The position numbers and the translations under genes are program-made. This document shows positions 33,670 through 43,630 of a stretch of DNA of 64,000 nt, piece by piece. The stretch's first letter is position 1, and each line of letters starts with the position of its first letter. Under the pieces are notes generated by a model. The model was not told the DNA's origin, ran no database searches, and was given only the letters and a program-made list of their open reading frames with translations. The stretch is from Candidatus Woesearchaeota archaeon (GTDB lineage Archaea > Nanobdellota > Nanobdellia > Pacearchaeales > GW2011-AR1), in contig CAYPFA010000003.1 of assembly GCA_964410025.1 (NCBI GenBank), forward strand, positions 20,880-84,879, read 5' to 3'.

Positions 33670-36003
33670 ATGCCGAAAAAGAAAATATCTACAAAAAAAG
33701 AAATTTCTAACGAACCAAAAGTTGCACCTACTAGTGTCAATCCTACAGAACAGAAAGAAATCACAGCTCCTGCTCCAAAAAAGAAAGTTTCCGCCAAGCC
33801 AAAAGTTATTGCAAATGGAAATACTGTTTTAATTGTAACTGAAAAACCTCAGGCTGCTGAAAAAATTGCTGCTGCGCTTTCAGATGGAACCGATGAAAAA
33901 AGCAAAGACAAAAACGGGGTTGCCTATTATCAATTTAACAAAGACGGAAAAAATGTTTTAGTTGGTTGTGCAGTTGGTCATTTATTTGGAATAAAGCAGA
34001 ATGAGTTAAGAGGCGAATTTCCAAATTTTGATGTTTCCTGGATGCCAAACTATCAATCTAAAAAAGCAGATTTTACGAAAAAATATTATGATACACTGAA
34101 AAGACTCGCAAGCGAAGCAACGGAAGTAGTGGTAGCAACGGACTACGACATTGAAGGAGAGGTTATCGGTTGGAATGTTGTGCGATTTATCTGCAAAAGA
34201 AATGACGCTAAAAGAATGAAATTTTCTTCTCTAACGAAAGATGAGCTTCAAGAATCTTGGAATAATTTACAACCGACAATTAATTGGGGCGAAGCTTATG
34301 CTGGTGAAACTCGGCATCATTTGGATTGGTTTTATGGAATTAATCTTTCTCGTGGTCTAATGAAAGCGCTTTCTTCTACGGGAAAATTCAGAATTCTTTC
34401 AATCGGTAGAGTCCAGGGACCTTCACTAAAAATTATTTATGATAAGGAAATGACCATTCGAGCATTTAAATCCGAACCCTACTGGCAAGTTTTTCTAAGA
34501 GTTAGAGATTTAAACCGGCAAAAAATTGAAGTTAAATTTCCAAAAGATTTATTTGATGAAAAGGAACTTGCACGATTTAAGTATCTGAAAGATCAGAAAG
34601 GAACCGCAAAAACAGAGCTAGAAGAAGAGAAGGTTCTTGCGCCATTTCCCTTTGATTTAACGACACTTCAGACAGAATCCTATAGAATGACAGGATTAAC
34701 TCCATCGCAAACCCTAAGTGTCGCACAAGAGTTATATCTCGGCGGAATTATATCTTACCCAAGAACCTCTTCTCAAAAATATCCAATTGGAATTGGCTAT
34801 GATAAAATTATGAAAAAACTTCAGAAGTATACCCAACTTACAAAATATGCTGTTAATCCTAATCCAACTGAAGGACCAAAATCCGACCCTGCGCACCCAG
34901 CAATTTATCCAACTGGAGACTTTAAAGAATTGAATGAGATGGAAAAGAAACTATATGATCTAATTGTAAAAAGATTTATAGCTTGCTTTTGTGCGCCTGC
35001 AATTGTTGAAAACAAAAAAGTAACCGTTGATGTAAACGGACTTTTATTTAATACTCGTGGATTAAAAATCGTTGAAAAAAATTGGATGAATGTTTATCCG
35101 AACTCAACTAAAGACGAAGATATTCCAACAATTATTGGCGAAGTTAGTGTAGAAGAAATTAGGACCGAGGAAAAACAAACAAAACCGCCACAAAGATATT
35201 CGGCAGCTTCACTTGTTAAAGAACTTGAAAAAAGAGATTTAGGAACAAAGGCAACTCGTGCAAATATTATTGAAACACTTTACGACAGAGGTTATGTTAA
35301 AGAAAAAAGTGTTGAACTTTCTCCACTTGGCGAAAAAATAATTGACACACTTTTAAAATATGCACCAGCAATTGTCGACGAAGAATTGACTAGAGAAATT
35401 GAAAAAGAAATGGAAGATATTTCTGCATCTAAGTCTGGTTGGCAGGAAAAGGAAAATAAAGTTATGGAAGAAGCAAAAGTTTCCATTAGAAAAATAGCTA
35501 AAGATATTACAAAGAATTTAGATAAGATTGGCAAGTCTTTAGCTGAAGCAAACGAGGCTGTTTATGAACAAGAAAGAGAAGACAGTACTTTAAATCAATG
35601 TCCGAATTGCAAAGAAGGAAGATTGAGAATCATGTTTGGTAAAAAATACAGAAGATATTTTATTGGTTGTGACAAATATCCTGCCTGTAAAACTATTTTC
35701 TCTTTGCCGCCAACCGGAATGATGAAACCCGCAAGAATCAAAGATGAGAAAGGCGAAGAAGTTAGTGAGCTTTGTAAAGAATGTCAATTCCCGATGGTTA
35801 TGGCTCTTAAAAAAGGAAGACGACCGTGGAAATTCTGTTTTAATCCGAAATGCCCTAGTAATGCAGAATGGCAAAAGAAGAAAGAAGAATATGCAAAACA
35901 AAAAGAATTAGAAGGTGCTGAGGCAGAAGAAGGAAGCGCTGAGAAAAAAGAATCTGCGAATAAGAAAGAAGAAATTAAAGAAGAAGTTAATGAGGAAAAC
36001 TAA
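33670..36003 (+). CDS. topA: DNA topoisomerase type IA (Topo III/TopA-like) with Lys-rich N-terminal extension and C-terminal zinc ribbons
   Basis: TOPRIM start VLIVTEKPQAAEKIAAAL. Central topo IA core (ISYPRTSSQKYP with catalytic Tyr region). C-terminal CPNCKEGRL...CDKYPACK and CKECQF...CFNPKC zinc ribbons. Confidence 0.85.
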   Translation: MPKKKISTKKEISNEPKVAPTSVNPTEQKEITAPAPKKKVSAKPKVIANGNTVLIVTEKPQAAEKIAAALSDGTDEKSKDKNGVAYYQFNKDGKNVLVGCAVGHLFGIKQNELRGEFPNFDVSWMPNYQSKKADFTKKYYDTLKRLASEATEVVVATDYDIEGEVIGWNVVRFICKRNDAKRMKFSSLTKDELQESWNNLQPTINWGEAYAGETRHHLDWFYGINLSRGLMKALSSTGKFRILSIGRVQGPSLKIIYDKEMTIRAFKSEPYWQVFLRVRDLNRQKIEVKFPKDLFDEKELARFKYLKDQKGTAKTELEEEKVLAPFPFDLTTLQTESYRMTGLTPSQTLSVAQELYLGGIISYPRTSSQKYPIGIGYDKIMKKLQKYTQLTKYAVNPNPTEGPKSDPAHPAIYPTGDFKELNEMEKKLYDLIVKRFIACFCAPAIVENKKVTVDVNGLLFNTRGLKIVEKNWMNVYPNSTKDEDIPTIIGEVSVEEIRTEEKQTKPPQRYSAASLVKELEKRDLGTKATRANIIETLYDRGYVKEKSVELSPLGEKIIDTLLKYAPAIVDEELTREIEKEMEDISASKSGWQEKENKVMEEAKVSIRKIAKDITKNLDKIGKSLAEANEAVYEQEREDSTLNQCPNCKEGRLRIMFGKKYRRYFIGCDKYPACKTIFSLPPTGMMKPARIKDEKGEEVSELCKECQFPMVMALKKGRRPWKFCFNPKCPSNAEWQKKKEEYAKQKELEGAEAEEGSAEKKESANKKEEIKEEVNEEN

Positions 36004-36004
36004 A

Positions 36005-36208
36005 ATGAGATTGAGAGACCCTAAAGATGTTGTGAATATGGATTGGCCAGATATGCCGATTACCGATAGAGCAGTTGAAGCAATGAGGCAATATGGAAGA
36101 ACTGGAAAATATTCTTCTGGAGATATGCGAGTAAATACGGGTAGAGTTTATACGGATGCTGAATACGAGTCTTTGCGAACAAGAGTTCAAAATACACCTC
36201 TTCCTTAG
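36005..36208 (+). CDS. Small hypothetical protein (start moved to ATG 36005)
   Basis: The ORF caller extended into topA. An ATG at 36005 right after the topA stop gives a ~67-aa product MRLRDPKDVVNMDWPDMPITDRAVEAM.... Confidence 0.3.
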   Translation: MRLRDPKDVVNMDWPDMPITDRAVEAMRQYGRTGKYSSGDMRVNTGRVYTDAEYESLRTRVQNTPLP

Positions 36209-37147
36209 TTACTTTTTATTTTGACTTATGAATTTGTATACTTCGTCAAAAACAATTTCCTTATCATAATCCATAGTTATAACGTGCCCAGAATTATTTA
36301 AATAAACCAATTTTTTATTTTCAGAATTTACATTATCAAAAATGTATTGTGCTGAAGCTGGAGCAGCACGATTATCAAAAGAAGATTGTAATATAATAAT
36401 TGGAGAATTTATTTTTTTAATATTATCTCTTGTTTCAATTCTAAGTTTTTCACCCTCGAGCAAAACACTTAACGGAAGTCTATCAAACGAGGGAAGTTTT
36501 TCCGCAACACTAGGATCTTTCGCAAGGCCATACTCTATTCTTCTCACGCTAGGTGAAATAAACTTAACGGTCTTAAAAAAATAAAACGTAAAGTCTCCCA
36601 GAAAATTTGACCCATAAATAATTGGAGTTGCCAAGGAAATAATTCCGCTCAAATTATATTTTTCTCCAAGTTTCAAAGAAAGTGATCCGCCAGTAGATAA
36701 TCCTCCGATAAAAACATTCTCATAACTTTTATTCAATTCTTTATGAATTTCTTCAACTTGCAGATATTCTTCATATCCATCCAGTTTTTTTATAGAATCA
36801 TAATCTCTGCCCTGATTGAGCATTAACGGAACAACTACTGAAATGTTTTTATCTCCCAAAAAATGTGCCATCTCTTCAAGCTCAATCGGAGTTCCACCCA
36901 TTCCATGCAAAAGCAAAACGACGGTATCTTGACTTCTATTTAAAAAAATCGGCTCCGTTCCATTAAATATTTCATAGCCATAGTTAATAAAAGAACCATT
37001 TCCAAAATTAAATTTTTCATAATAAACCATTTCTCTTTGCTTGGAAAGATCTATATTCGAATACAAAAAAAATATAATGTAAATTATAATTAACAAAGCA
37101 AAAATCCATAATATTTTTCTTGATTTTTTATTCTTTACCATCGCCAA
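36209..37147 (-). CDS. Alpha/beta hydrolase (esterase/lipase-like) with N-terminal TM anchor
   Basis: HGMGGTPIE and nucleophile elbow FIGGLSTGGSLSL (GxSxG). N-terminal hydrophobic helix. Confidence 0.6.
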   Translation of the reverse strand: MAMVKNKKSRKILWIFALLIIIYIIFFLYSNIDLSKQREMVYYEKFNFGNGSFINYGYEIFNGTEPIFLNRSQDTVVLLLHGMGGTPIELEEMAHFLGDKNISVVVPLMLNQGRDYDSIKKLDGYEEYLQVEEIHKELNKSYENVFIGGLSTGGSLSLKLGEKYNLSGIISLATPIIYGSNFLGDFTFYFFKTVKFISPSVRRIEYGLAKDPSVAEKLPSFDRLPLSVLLEGEKLRIETRDNIKKINSPIIILQSSFDNRAAPASAQYIFDNVNSENKKLVYLNNSGHVITMDYDKEIVFDEVYKFISQNKK

Positions 37148-37928
37148 ACCTCTCGCATCCTTCTTTTATTGTAATAACACTAATGTTATTTTCTTTTACA
37201 TATTGAACAACTTCTTTGAAAAATTCAAAACTTACCGCATTCTGCCTAGCAACTCCGCCATATAATCCTTCTATTTTAACATCAGAAAGATTTCCTATAT
37301 CATGAAAGGTTATAATATTCCACTTGCCAGGTTTTATGGCTCGTTTTATAGTACCCAAATCATTAGACGCTCTAAATGTAAAATCCTTTAGCAAATGTGT
37401 TCTTAATGGAATAGAATTTGTGCCAACATCTTGTGTCGAAGCACATTTGTAATTTTCTTCAACTTTCTTTATAGTTTGAGTATTATAATTTCCGCCAGGA
37501 TAAACAAATGTAGACGCGTTAATTCCCTTTTCTGCCAAATCTTTTTTGCTGCCATTTATCTCATTTTCCAAATCTCTAGAATATATAAGATTTGTATGAT
37601 TTCTCGTATGACTTCCCATTTCCATAAACGAACTAACGTTTACAATTTTATCCCACCCAAGATAATATTTTTTCTCCCATTCTATATTTGAATCCGGTTT
37701 AGAAGTTATCACATAAATTGAGCCCGTCATATTATTTTCTTTTAATAGCGAATATGCCTGCGCCTGAGACGACAGAGCATCATCAAATCTAAATGAAATA
37801 TATGTTTGATTTAATTCCGGAGTTGAAAAAATAAAATATCCTTTTGCTTGATTCATATAAATCACCGAAGAGAAAAAAGTTACAAAAAATATTACGATAA
37901 GCCAGAATATAATTGTTTTTCTTGCCAT
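37128..37928 (-). CDS. Putative polysaccharide deacetylase (NodB/CE4-like) with N-terminal TM anchor
   Basis: ISFRFDDALSSQ resembles the NodB TFDDG motif. Downstream His-containing motifs (HTRNH, HD). Weak. Confidence 0.35.
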   Translation of the reverse strand: MARKTIIFWLIVIFFVTFFSSVIYMNQAKGYFIFSTPELNQTYISFRFDDALSSQAQAYSLLKENNMTGSIYVITSKPDSNIEWEKKYYLGWDKIVNVSSFMEMGSHTRNHTNLIYSRDLENEINGSKKDLAEKGINASTFVYPGGNYNTQTIKKVEENYKCASTQDVGTNSIPLRTHLLKDFTFRASNDLGTIKRAIKPGKWNIITFHDIGNLSDVKIEGLYGGVARQNAVSFEFFKEVVQYVKENNISVITIKEGCERFGDGKE

Positions 37929-37929
37929 T

Positions 37930-38397
37930 TTACTGAACTCTTTTTATTTCTCCCCTTAAAAGAAGAATTATATAACTTAGTTGTGCGATAAATAAATATG
38001 GTAAAATTACACCATAAATCATAAGTTGAAGTATAAAACTCACAACATTCAAAACGATGTTTCCATAAGGGAAAAGCGTAATATAATAATTAACTCCAAA
38101 AATTGTTACAAGCATTATTAATGAGATTAAATATCCTCTGACTGGGAAAGTATTACCGAATCCTCTTTTTTTAATATCAGTTATTAAAAAAATTGTAGTA
38201 ATAATTCCGAGAGCTGAAAAAATAATAGAAGTTACGGCAGTCGGTATAAGTAAATTAGAGAAGAAATTATAGTTTATTGTGAAACCGGTCAAAGATATTT
38301 TAGAAAATAAAGAAAAAAAATCCCTAGCTAGGTAAATGCAAGCAAAAAGTCCAACAACAATAAGACCAAGCAATTTATTTTTTGATAATTTATACAT
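37930..38397 (-). CDS. Polytopic membrane protein, hypothetical
   Basis: 155 aa, 4-5 hydrophobic helices. Confidence 0.4.
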   Translation of the reverse strand: MYKLSKNKLLGLIVVGLFACIYLARDFFSLFSKISLTGFTINYNFFSNLLIPTAVTSIIFSALGIITTIFLITDIKKRGFGNTFPVRGYLISLIMLVTIFGVNYYITLFPYGNIVLNVVSFILQLMIYGVILPYLFIAQLSYIILLLRGEIKRVQ

Positions 38398-38435
38398 ATA
38401 ATAATTAGCGAAATATCATTTAAAAACTTGTCTAG

Positions 38436-39185
38436 TTAGAATATTCCTCGTCTTCTAATTCCACTATTTACAATTTCAAATTCCAATTCTTTTTCTGGCA
38501 AACTTCTGTGTTTTCTTAAAATTAAACTTCTTCTTCCGTGATTGTTTCTTACTTCCATTATGCATTTAGACCAATATTTCAGCAAATCTCCGCCAACCAT
38601 TGACACCTGTCTTTCTTTCTGCTCATTTTCGTTTTGAATAAATTGTGAATAAACCTGATTAGTTACTACGACTGGAATATTTTCTTTTCTAGAAATTTCC
38701 GTCAAAACCCTAAGCTGATTTGCCAAGGCTCGGTTAACCGATTGAATATTCTGAGTATCCTCCGATTTAATTGCATCTCCAAGTTCCAAACGATAAAGCA
38801 TTGCAATACTGTCAATAATTATTAGAGAAATGCCCCCCTTTTTTACAAATTTTAAAAGCTGATCAAACGATTCTTCCTGTTCTTCAAACGAGGTTGGTTT
38901 TAGTATCATGATATTTTTAAGTGTCTGTTCTAAGAGCGTTTTGTCCTTATCCAAAAGTTGAGCAACTCTTTCGGAAGAAAATCCGCCTTCAGTATCAACA
39001 TAAATAACCTTGTTGCCCTTTTTTGCTTGCGAAACAGCAACTATTAAGCAAAGATTTGTTTTTCCGCTTCCGCCTGCCCCATAGATTGTTGTAATAATAT
39101 CGTTTTCATAACCGCCAAAAAGAAATTTATTTAGATCATAACTTCCTGCTGAAATTCTATTTCTAGAATCCTGTGACTCTTCCAT
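38436..39185 (-). CDS. radB: RadB-like recombinase paralog (RecA/RadA family ATPase)
   Basis: Walker A YGAGGSGKTNLCL, then VIYVDTEGGFSSERVAQL (RadB: YIDTEGGFSPERL), Walker B LIIIDS. Confidence 0.75.
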   Translation of the reverse strand: MEESQDSRNRISAGSYDLNKFLFGGYENDIITTIYGAGGSGKTNLCLIVAVSQAKKGNKVIYVDTEGGFSSERVAQLLDKDKTLLEQTLKNIMILKPTSFEEQEESFDQLLKFVKKGGISLIIIDSIAMLYRLELGDAIKSEDTQNIQSVNRALANQLRVLTEISRKENIPVVVTNQVYSQFIQNENEQKERQVSMVGGDLLKYWSKCIMEVRNNHGRRSLILRKHRSLPEKELEFEIVNSGIRRRGIF

Positions 39186-39262
39186 GAAATTAAATAAATT
39201 TTGCAGTTTTAAGTATTTAGGTTGTTAATTATGTTTAAAAACTCCACAATCATAGATATTTC

Positions 39263-39466
39263 ATGGTGAAAAAAGTAAACTGGGTTTTGGCATTGATAAT
39301 GTCTATAATATTCGGTCAGCTTGGAGTTGACAGATTTATTATGGGCCAAGTCGGTCTCGGAATCTTGAAACTTATTACCCTCGGCGGTTGCGGTATTTGG
39401 TGGCTTATTGATGTGATTCTTATAGCTACAAAACACGACTTTGAGGGAATACAGTGGGCAGACTAG
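39263..39466 (+). CDS. TM2-domain small membrane protein
   Basis: GQLGVDRFIMGQVGLGILKLITLGGCGIWWLIDVILI matches the TM2 pattern (G..G.hRFYlG....G...L.T.Gg.GIW...D.i.i). Confidence 0.55.
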   Translation: MVKKVNWVLALIMSIIFGQLGVDRFIMGQVGLGILKLITLGGCGIWWLIDVILIATKHDFEGIQWAD

Positions 39467-39792
39467 ATTTTAAAAAAATTCTCAAAGAATTTGGAAAAAT
39501 CATTAGTTTTAACTCTGAATATCGTCCGTATGTTTTTATAATTGTTTTAAGTCTTCTTATGATAATACCATTATCAGTTTTGGAGATCACGCCCAAATTT
39601 TCAATCTGTCAAAGAATTTTAGGAGACAGCTGCCCATCAGCAGGAATTACTAGAGGTGTATCTTGTTTATTGAAAGGAAATTTTGAGCTTGCCATGCAAT
39701 ATAATAAAATTTCAATTCTTGTCCTAATCGTTATGATTGTAATAATTTTAAACGATTTCTATAATAAATTTAATACCAAAAGGATTAAATAG
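39454..39792 (+). CDS. Hypothetical membrane protein
   Basis: 112-aa ORF with hydrophobic segments and a Cys cluster (CQRILGDSCPSAGITRGVSC). Confidence 0.3.
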   Translation: MGRLDFKKILKEFGKIISFNSEYRPYVFIIVLSLLMIIPLSVLEITPKFSICQRILGDSCPSAGITRGVSCLLKGNFELAMQYNKISILVLIVMIVIILNDFYNKFNTKRIK

Positions 39793-39822
39793 TCAGAAAA
39801 TTCTATAGAAGGGAACAAGATA

Positions 39823-41466
39823 ATGAAGAATAATAAATTTGATTATAAAAAGAAAAATTCTAAACCAAATTTCGGATTTGATACGAAAGAATTTTCTAGA
39901 GAAGTTAAAGAAGCTAGTCGCATCGACGTAGGAGAAATCACCGTTAAAAATAAAGGTGAATCTTTCAGCGTTTATGGGATGATTGATCGAGTTGTACAAA
40001 CTGGCGGACCAACAATTTTCTATATTTCTGACGGAACTGGAATTTTAGCACTTAAGGCCTTTGAGGGCGCAGGTGTTCGTTCTTATCCTCATATAGATGT
40101 AGGAGATGTTGTCAAGGCTGTTCTAACAGTTGAAGAGTATAATGGTGAACTTGAAGGAGAGACTAACAATATTTGGAAACTAACTGAGAATGAGAAAAAA
40201 GAGTTAGTCGAAAAAATCATCAGAATAGAAAAGGAAAGAGCTAGAGTTACACCAATTCCATTTCTAGTGCATAGCCCAATTCTAGAAAAATTAAAAGAAA
40301 GATTTACAAAAGCTGCTACAGAAATTAGACTTGCGATAATACAAAGTAGGCCAATAATCATAAGACATCATAATGATACCGATGGCTATTCCGCTGGTTT
40401 TGCACTTGAGAGATCAATTTTACCTTTAGTTGAAAAACAACATTTAGGAAATCCAAAAGCAGCATGGGAATATTTTTCAAGAGCTCCTTGCGCAGCACCA
40501 TATTATGAACTTGAAGATTCAATCAAAGACACTTCTTTAAGTCTGAGAAATGCAGCAAAGTTTTCTAACAAAATGCCACTAATTGTAATTGTAGATAATG
40601 GTTCCACGCAAGAAGATTTGATGGGAATTTTACAAGGAAAGGTTCACGGATCAGATTTTATCGTCGTAGATCATCATAAATTTGACAAGGACGTAATTAC
40701 AGATAAAGTACTAGTTCATGTAAATCCATTCCTAGAAGGCGAAAGCGGAGCATCCATATCTGCAGGAATGTTGTGCGCAGAACTAGCTCGTTTTGTAAAC
40801 CCAGAAACAAAAAACATTTCTCAAATTCCAGCTCTTGCAGGATTAGCAGATAGAATTGATTTGGAAAATGAAAATCTTGTTAATGAATATTTAAAAGTAG
40901 CCGAGAAAGAAGGATATTCAAAGGAGTTATTAAAAGATCTTTCACTTGTTATAGATTATGTTTCAACTAGAATTAGATTTCTTGAAGCAAGAGAATATTT
41001 CGAAGTTGTTTTTGGAGAGCCAAGATCTCAACAGAAAAAACTTGTTGAATTGCTAGCTCCGCATATTAAAGAATTAGATGCAAAGGGTTTAGCTATCGCT
41101 ATAGAAAATGCAATTTTAGAAGAGATAAACGGAATTTGTTTACAAAAGATAATGGTTGAAGAAACATTCCCAGGATTCGGATTTTTTCCTAAGCCAGGAA
41201 GAAGCGTTGGGCTTGTACACGATTCTCTTAAAAATAGAGGCAAGGAAAAACTTATTTCCGTAGGTATAATGAATACGGCAATGACCATAAGAGCTACAGA
41301 CAAGGCAAATTTTTCCGTTCACGATTTTATTGCGCACATAAATAAAAAACTTCCTAATGCATTTGCAGAAGGTGGTGGACATAAGAATGCAGGAACAGTA
41401 AGTTATTTGCCTAAATATAAACAAAAGGTCGTTGAATTACTAGAAGAGTTTATTAAAACAAGATAA
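39823..41466 (+). CDS. DHH-family phosphoesterase, RecJ/GAN (Cdc45-like) nuclease
   Basis: DHH motifs IIIRHHNDTDGYSAG and FIVVDHHKF. N-terminal OB-like region. C-terminal DHHA1-like GGGHKNAG. Confidence 0.75.
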   Translation: MKNNKFDYKKKNSKPNFGFDTKEFSREVKEASRIDVGEITVKNKGESFSVYGMIDRVVQTGGPTIFYISDGTGILALKAFEGAGVRSYPHIDVGDVVKAVLTVEEYNGELEGETNNIWKLTENEKKELVEKIIRIEKERARVTPIPFLVHSPILEKLKERFTKAATEIRLAIIQSRPIIIRHHNDTDGYSAGFALERSILPLVEKQHLGNPKAAWEYFSRAPCAAPYYELEDSIKDTSLSLRNAAKFSNKMPLIVIVDNGSTQEDLMGILQGKVHGSDFIVVDHHKFDKDVITDKVLVHVNPFLEGESGASISAGMLCAELARFVNPETKNISQIPALAGLADRIDLENENLVNEYLKVAEKEGYSKELLKDLSLVIDYVSTRIRFLEAREYFEVVFGEPRSQQKKLVELLAPHIKELDAKGLAIAIENAILEEINGICLQKIMVEETFPGFGFFPKPGRSVGLVHDSLKNRGKEKLISVGIMNTAMTIRATDKANFSVHDFIAHINKKLPNAFAEGGGHKNAGTVSYLPKYKQKVVELLEEFIKTR

Positions 41467-41520
41467 TTTTTATAAATCTGTTAAATTTTTCTTAAAAGAA
41501 AAAATAATTATTTAGAATTT

Positions 41521-42090
41521 TTATTCTCTGCATTTTAACTTATCAAACAAACGAATTTTAAAAAAAACAAAGTAGTTAATAAACACTATAGTTCCTAAAT
41601 TTACAATTGCCAAAAAAAGATCTTTTTGAGCCAATTTTATAAATACAACCCCGCATATTCCTAGAACTAGTCCGACTATATCCACATATGTTTTTGTTTT
41701 GCAAAATTCTTTTATATGTTCTTGTTTGCTAGCATATTTTGTATATAGGTTAAATACTATTCCAATCACGAGTACGGCAATTAATATAAAAAACCACTTA
41801 GTTATATTTTCCCAATTTGAAAAGAAAATTAGCATCACAATCCAAATGGATCCTAAAAGAGAGTATTGTAAGAAATTCATTTTCTCCTGTTGTTTAAGCA
41901 TGATATAGCCAGCATACATTGCATGGGCTAGGGTTAGCTCAGTTGCCACAACCAAAAGAAGATTTATTAAAGTCCACTCCAGACCGACAAGAAAAGCCAC
42001 AGCCGGGATTAAAAAAAGTATGATAAATAGTATTTTTGAATTAGTTAGTTTTTTAAAAAACATATTATTAGCCTCGATTAATACTGTCAA
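41521..42090 (-). CDS. Polytopic membrane protein, hypothetical
   Basis: 189 aa, about 5 hydrophobic helices. Confidence 0.4.
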   Translation of the reverse strand: MTVLIEANNMFFKKLTNSKILFIILFLIPAVAFLVGLEWTLINLLLVVATELTLAHAMYAGYIMLKQQEKMNFLQYSLLGSIWIVMLIFFSNWENITKWFFILIAVLVIGIVFNLYTKYASKQEHIKEFCKTKTYVDIVGLVLGICGVVFIKLAQKDLFLAIVNLGTIVFINYFVFFKIRLFDKLKCRE

Positions 42091-42160
42091 ATCATATTTA
42101 TAAAGATGATGCTAAGCCTTTTCAACAAAGATTTAAAAGCAAAGTTCACCAAGATTATTC

Positions 42161-42769
42161 ATGGATTTACTGAGCCTTTCTATGGGTACAATACAGGATT
42201 ATAGCTACTTTTTTCTATTTGTATTAATGTTGGTTGAGGGTCCTGTGGTTACATTGTTTGCCTCGTTTGCAGCTTCATTCGAGGTATTTAACATTTATAC
42301 AATAATAATTCTTTCATTTTTGGGCAACATACTTCCAGACCTAATCTTTTTTCATATAGGAAAATATTCAAGAAAGAGCGTGGTTGAAAAATTAATTCAG
42401 AAAATAGGACTTACTAAACAAAGAATTTTAAGACTTGAGGCCAATCTTAAGGAACATACAAAAAAAGCGATTATATTCATAAAAGTTACGCCAATGATAC
42501 CCATTCCAGGAATTATGTTGGCTGGTTTTCTAAAGATACCCTTTAAGAGATTTTTTTCAATTTCAATTGTTGTAGATTTTTTTGCAGTTTTGATTTTTTC
42601 AGCGGTAGGATATTATTCGGGAGTTGCGGGTTTAGGCATTGTTAAGTATTTCAGATTAGAAAAATTTATTATTCCAATAATATTTCTGTTAATAGTCTTT
42701 ATCTATTGGTTGTCGAAGAAAATATATCGTTTTGTTATTAAAAATATAAAAAATAATGAAATGCCATGA
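42161..42769 (+). CDS. Membrane protein (possible DedA/VTT-like)
   Basis: 202 aa. Hydrophobic helices with the IKVTPMIPIPGIMLAGFL region. Weak family call. Confidence 0.35.
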   Translation: MDLLSLSMGTIQDYSYFFLFVLMLVEGPVVTLFASFAASFEVFNIYTIIILSFLGNILPDLIFFHIGKYSRKSVVEKLIQKIGLTKQRILRLEANLKEHTKKAIIFIKVTPMIPIPGIMLAGFLKIPFKRFFSISIVVDFFAVLIFSAVGYYSGVAGLGIVKYFRLEKFIIPIIFLLIVFIYWLSKKIYRFVIKNIKNNEMP

Positions 42770-43620
42770 AACCATTTCTAATAATTACATCATCAGATTT
42801 AAAATATGGAGATTTTCTTTTTAGCCACTGGCTAAAATCTTTAAAGGACAATATTGATTCAAAGAAAGTAGACATTGTGGTATTAGACTATGGATTGTCG
42901 GTAAGTCAAAAAAACAATCTACAATCCGAGAATGTCAAGGTGGTGAAATGTGTTCGTGATGGCCATGTGGTTAATATACGTTATAGAGATATGCTGTCTT
43001 TTCTTAAATCTAAAAAATATAAGCAAGTTTTATCTTGCGATAGCGGAGATATAATATTCCAAGCCAATCTTATGCCAGTTTTTTATGATTTTCCAAATAA
43101 ATTTAGAGCGATTCAGGAAAAGTTAAAAGATCCATTTTTTATCAAGATGCAACTCGAGAAAGGCTCCCTAAGTAAATTAATACATGATAAAGTTATCTTA
43201 AAATTAAGAAATTCGCCTAGTATAAATGGAGGATTTATTATTGCGCCTCAAAAAAAATTTATGAATCTATGCGATTTTGTTTATAAAAACACAGAAGACG
43301 TTTCGAGGTTTGGATCGGATCAGTTTATAGCAGATTATTATTTGTCTCAACAGAATTATGGGTGTTTGGATGAGACCTTTAATTTTATACCAATGATGTC
43401 AGGGCAAAAAACCAATGTAAAAAATGGCGTTTTCGTTGATAAGAATAATGCACCATTCGTAGTGGTTCATAATACTGGTGGGAAAGATTTATTGCGAGTT
43501 ATAGATAATTTCGGATATGGTAAAGAATTCAATAATGTGAATAAATTAAAATATTTTATAAGAAGAGTTTATATAAAAATTGTGAATTCTAAAATTATAG
43601 CCTTTTTACTAAATCTTTAG
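42766..43620 (+). CDS. Hypothetical protein
   Basis: 284-aa ORF overlapping the previous stop (ATGA). No motif recognised. Confidence 0.35.
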   Translation: MKPFLIITSSDLKYGDFLFSHWLKSLKDNIDSKKVDIVVLDYGLSVSQKNNLQSENVKVVKCVRDGHVVNIRYRDMLSFLKSKKYKQVLSCDSGDIIFQANLMPVFYDFPNKFRAIQEKLKDPFFIKMQLEKGSLSKLIHDKVILKLRNSPSINGGFIIAPQKKFMNLCDFVYKNTEDVSRFGSDQFIADYYLSQQNYGCLDETFNFIPMMSGQKTNVKNGVFVDKNNAPFVVVHNTGGKDLLRVIDNFGYGKEFNNVNKLKYFIRRVYIKIVNSKIIAFLLNL

Positions 43621-43630
43621 AAAATAATTT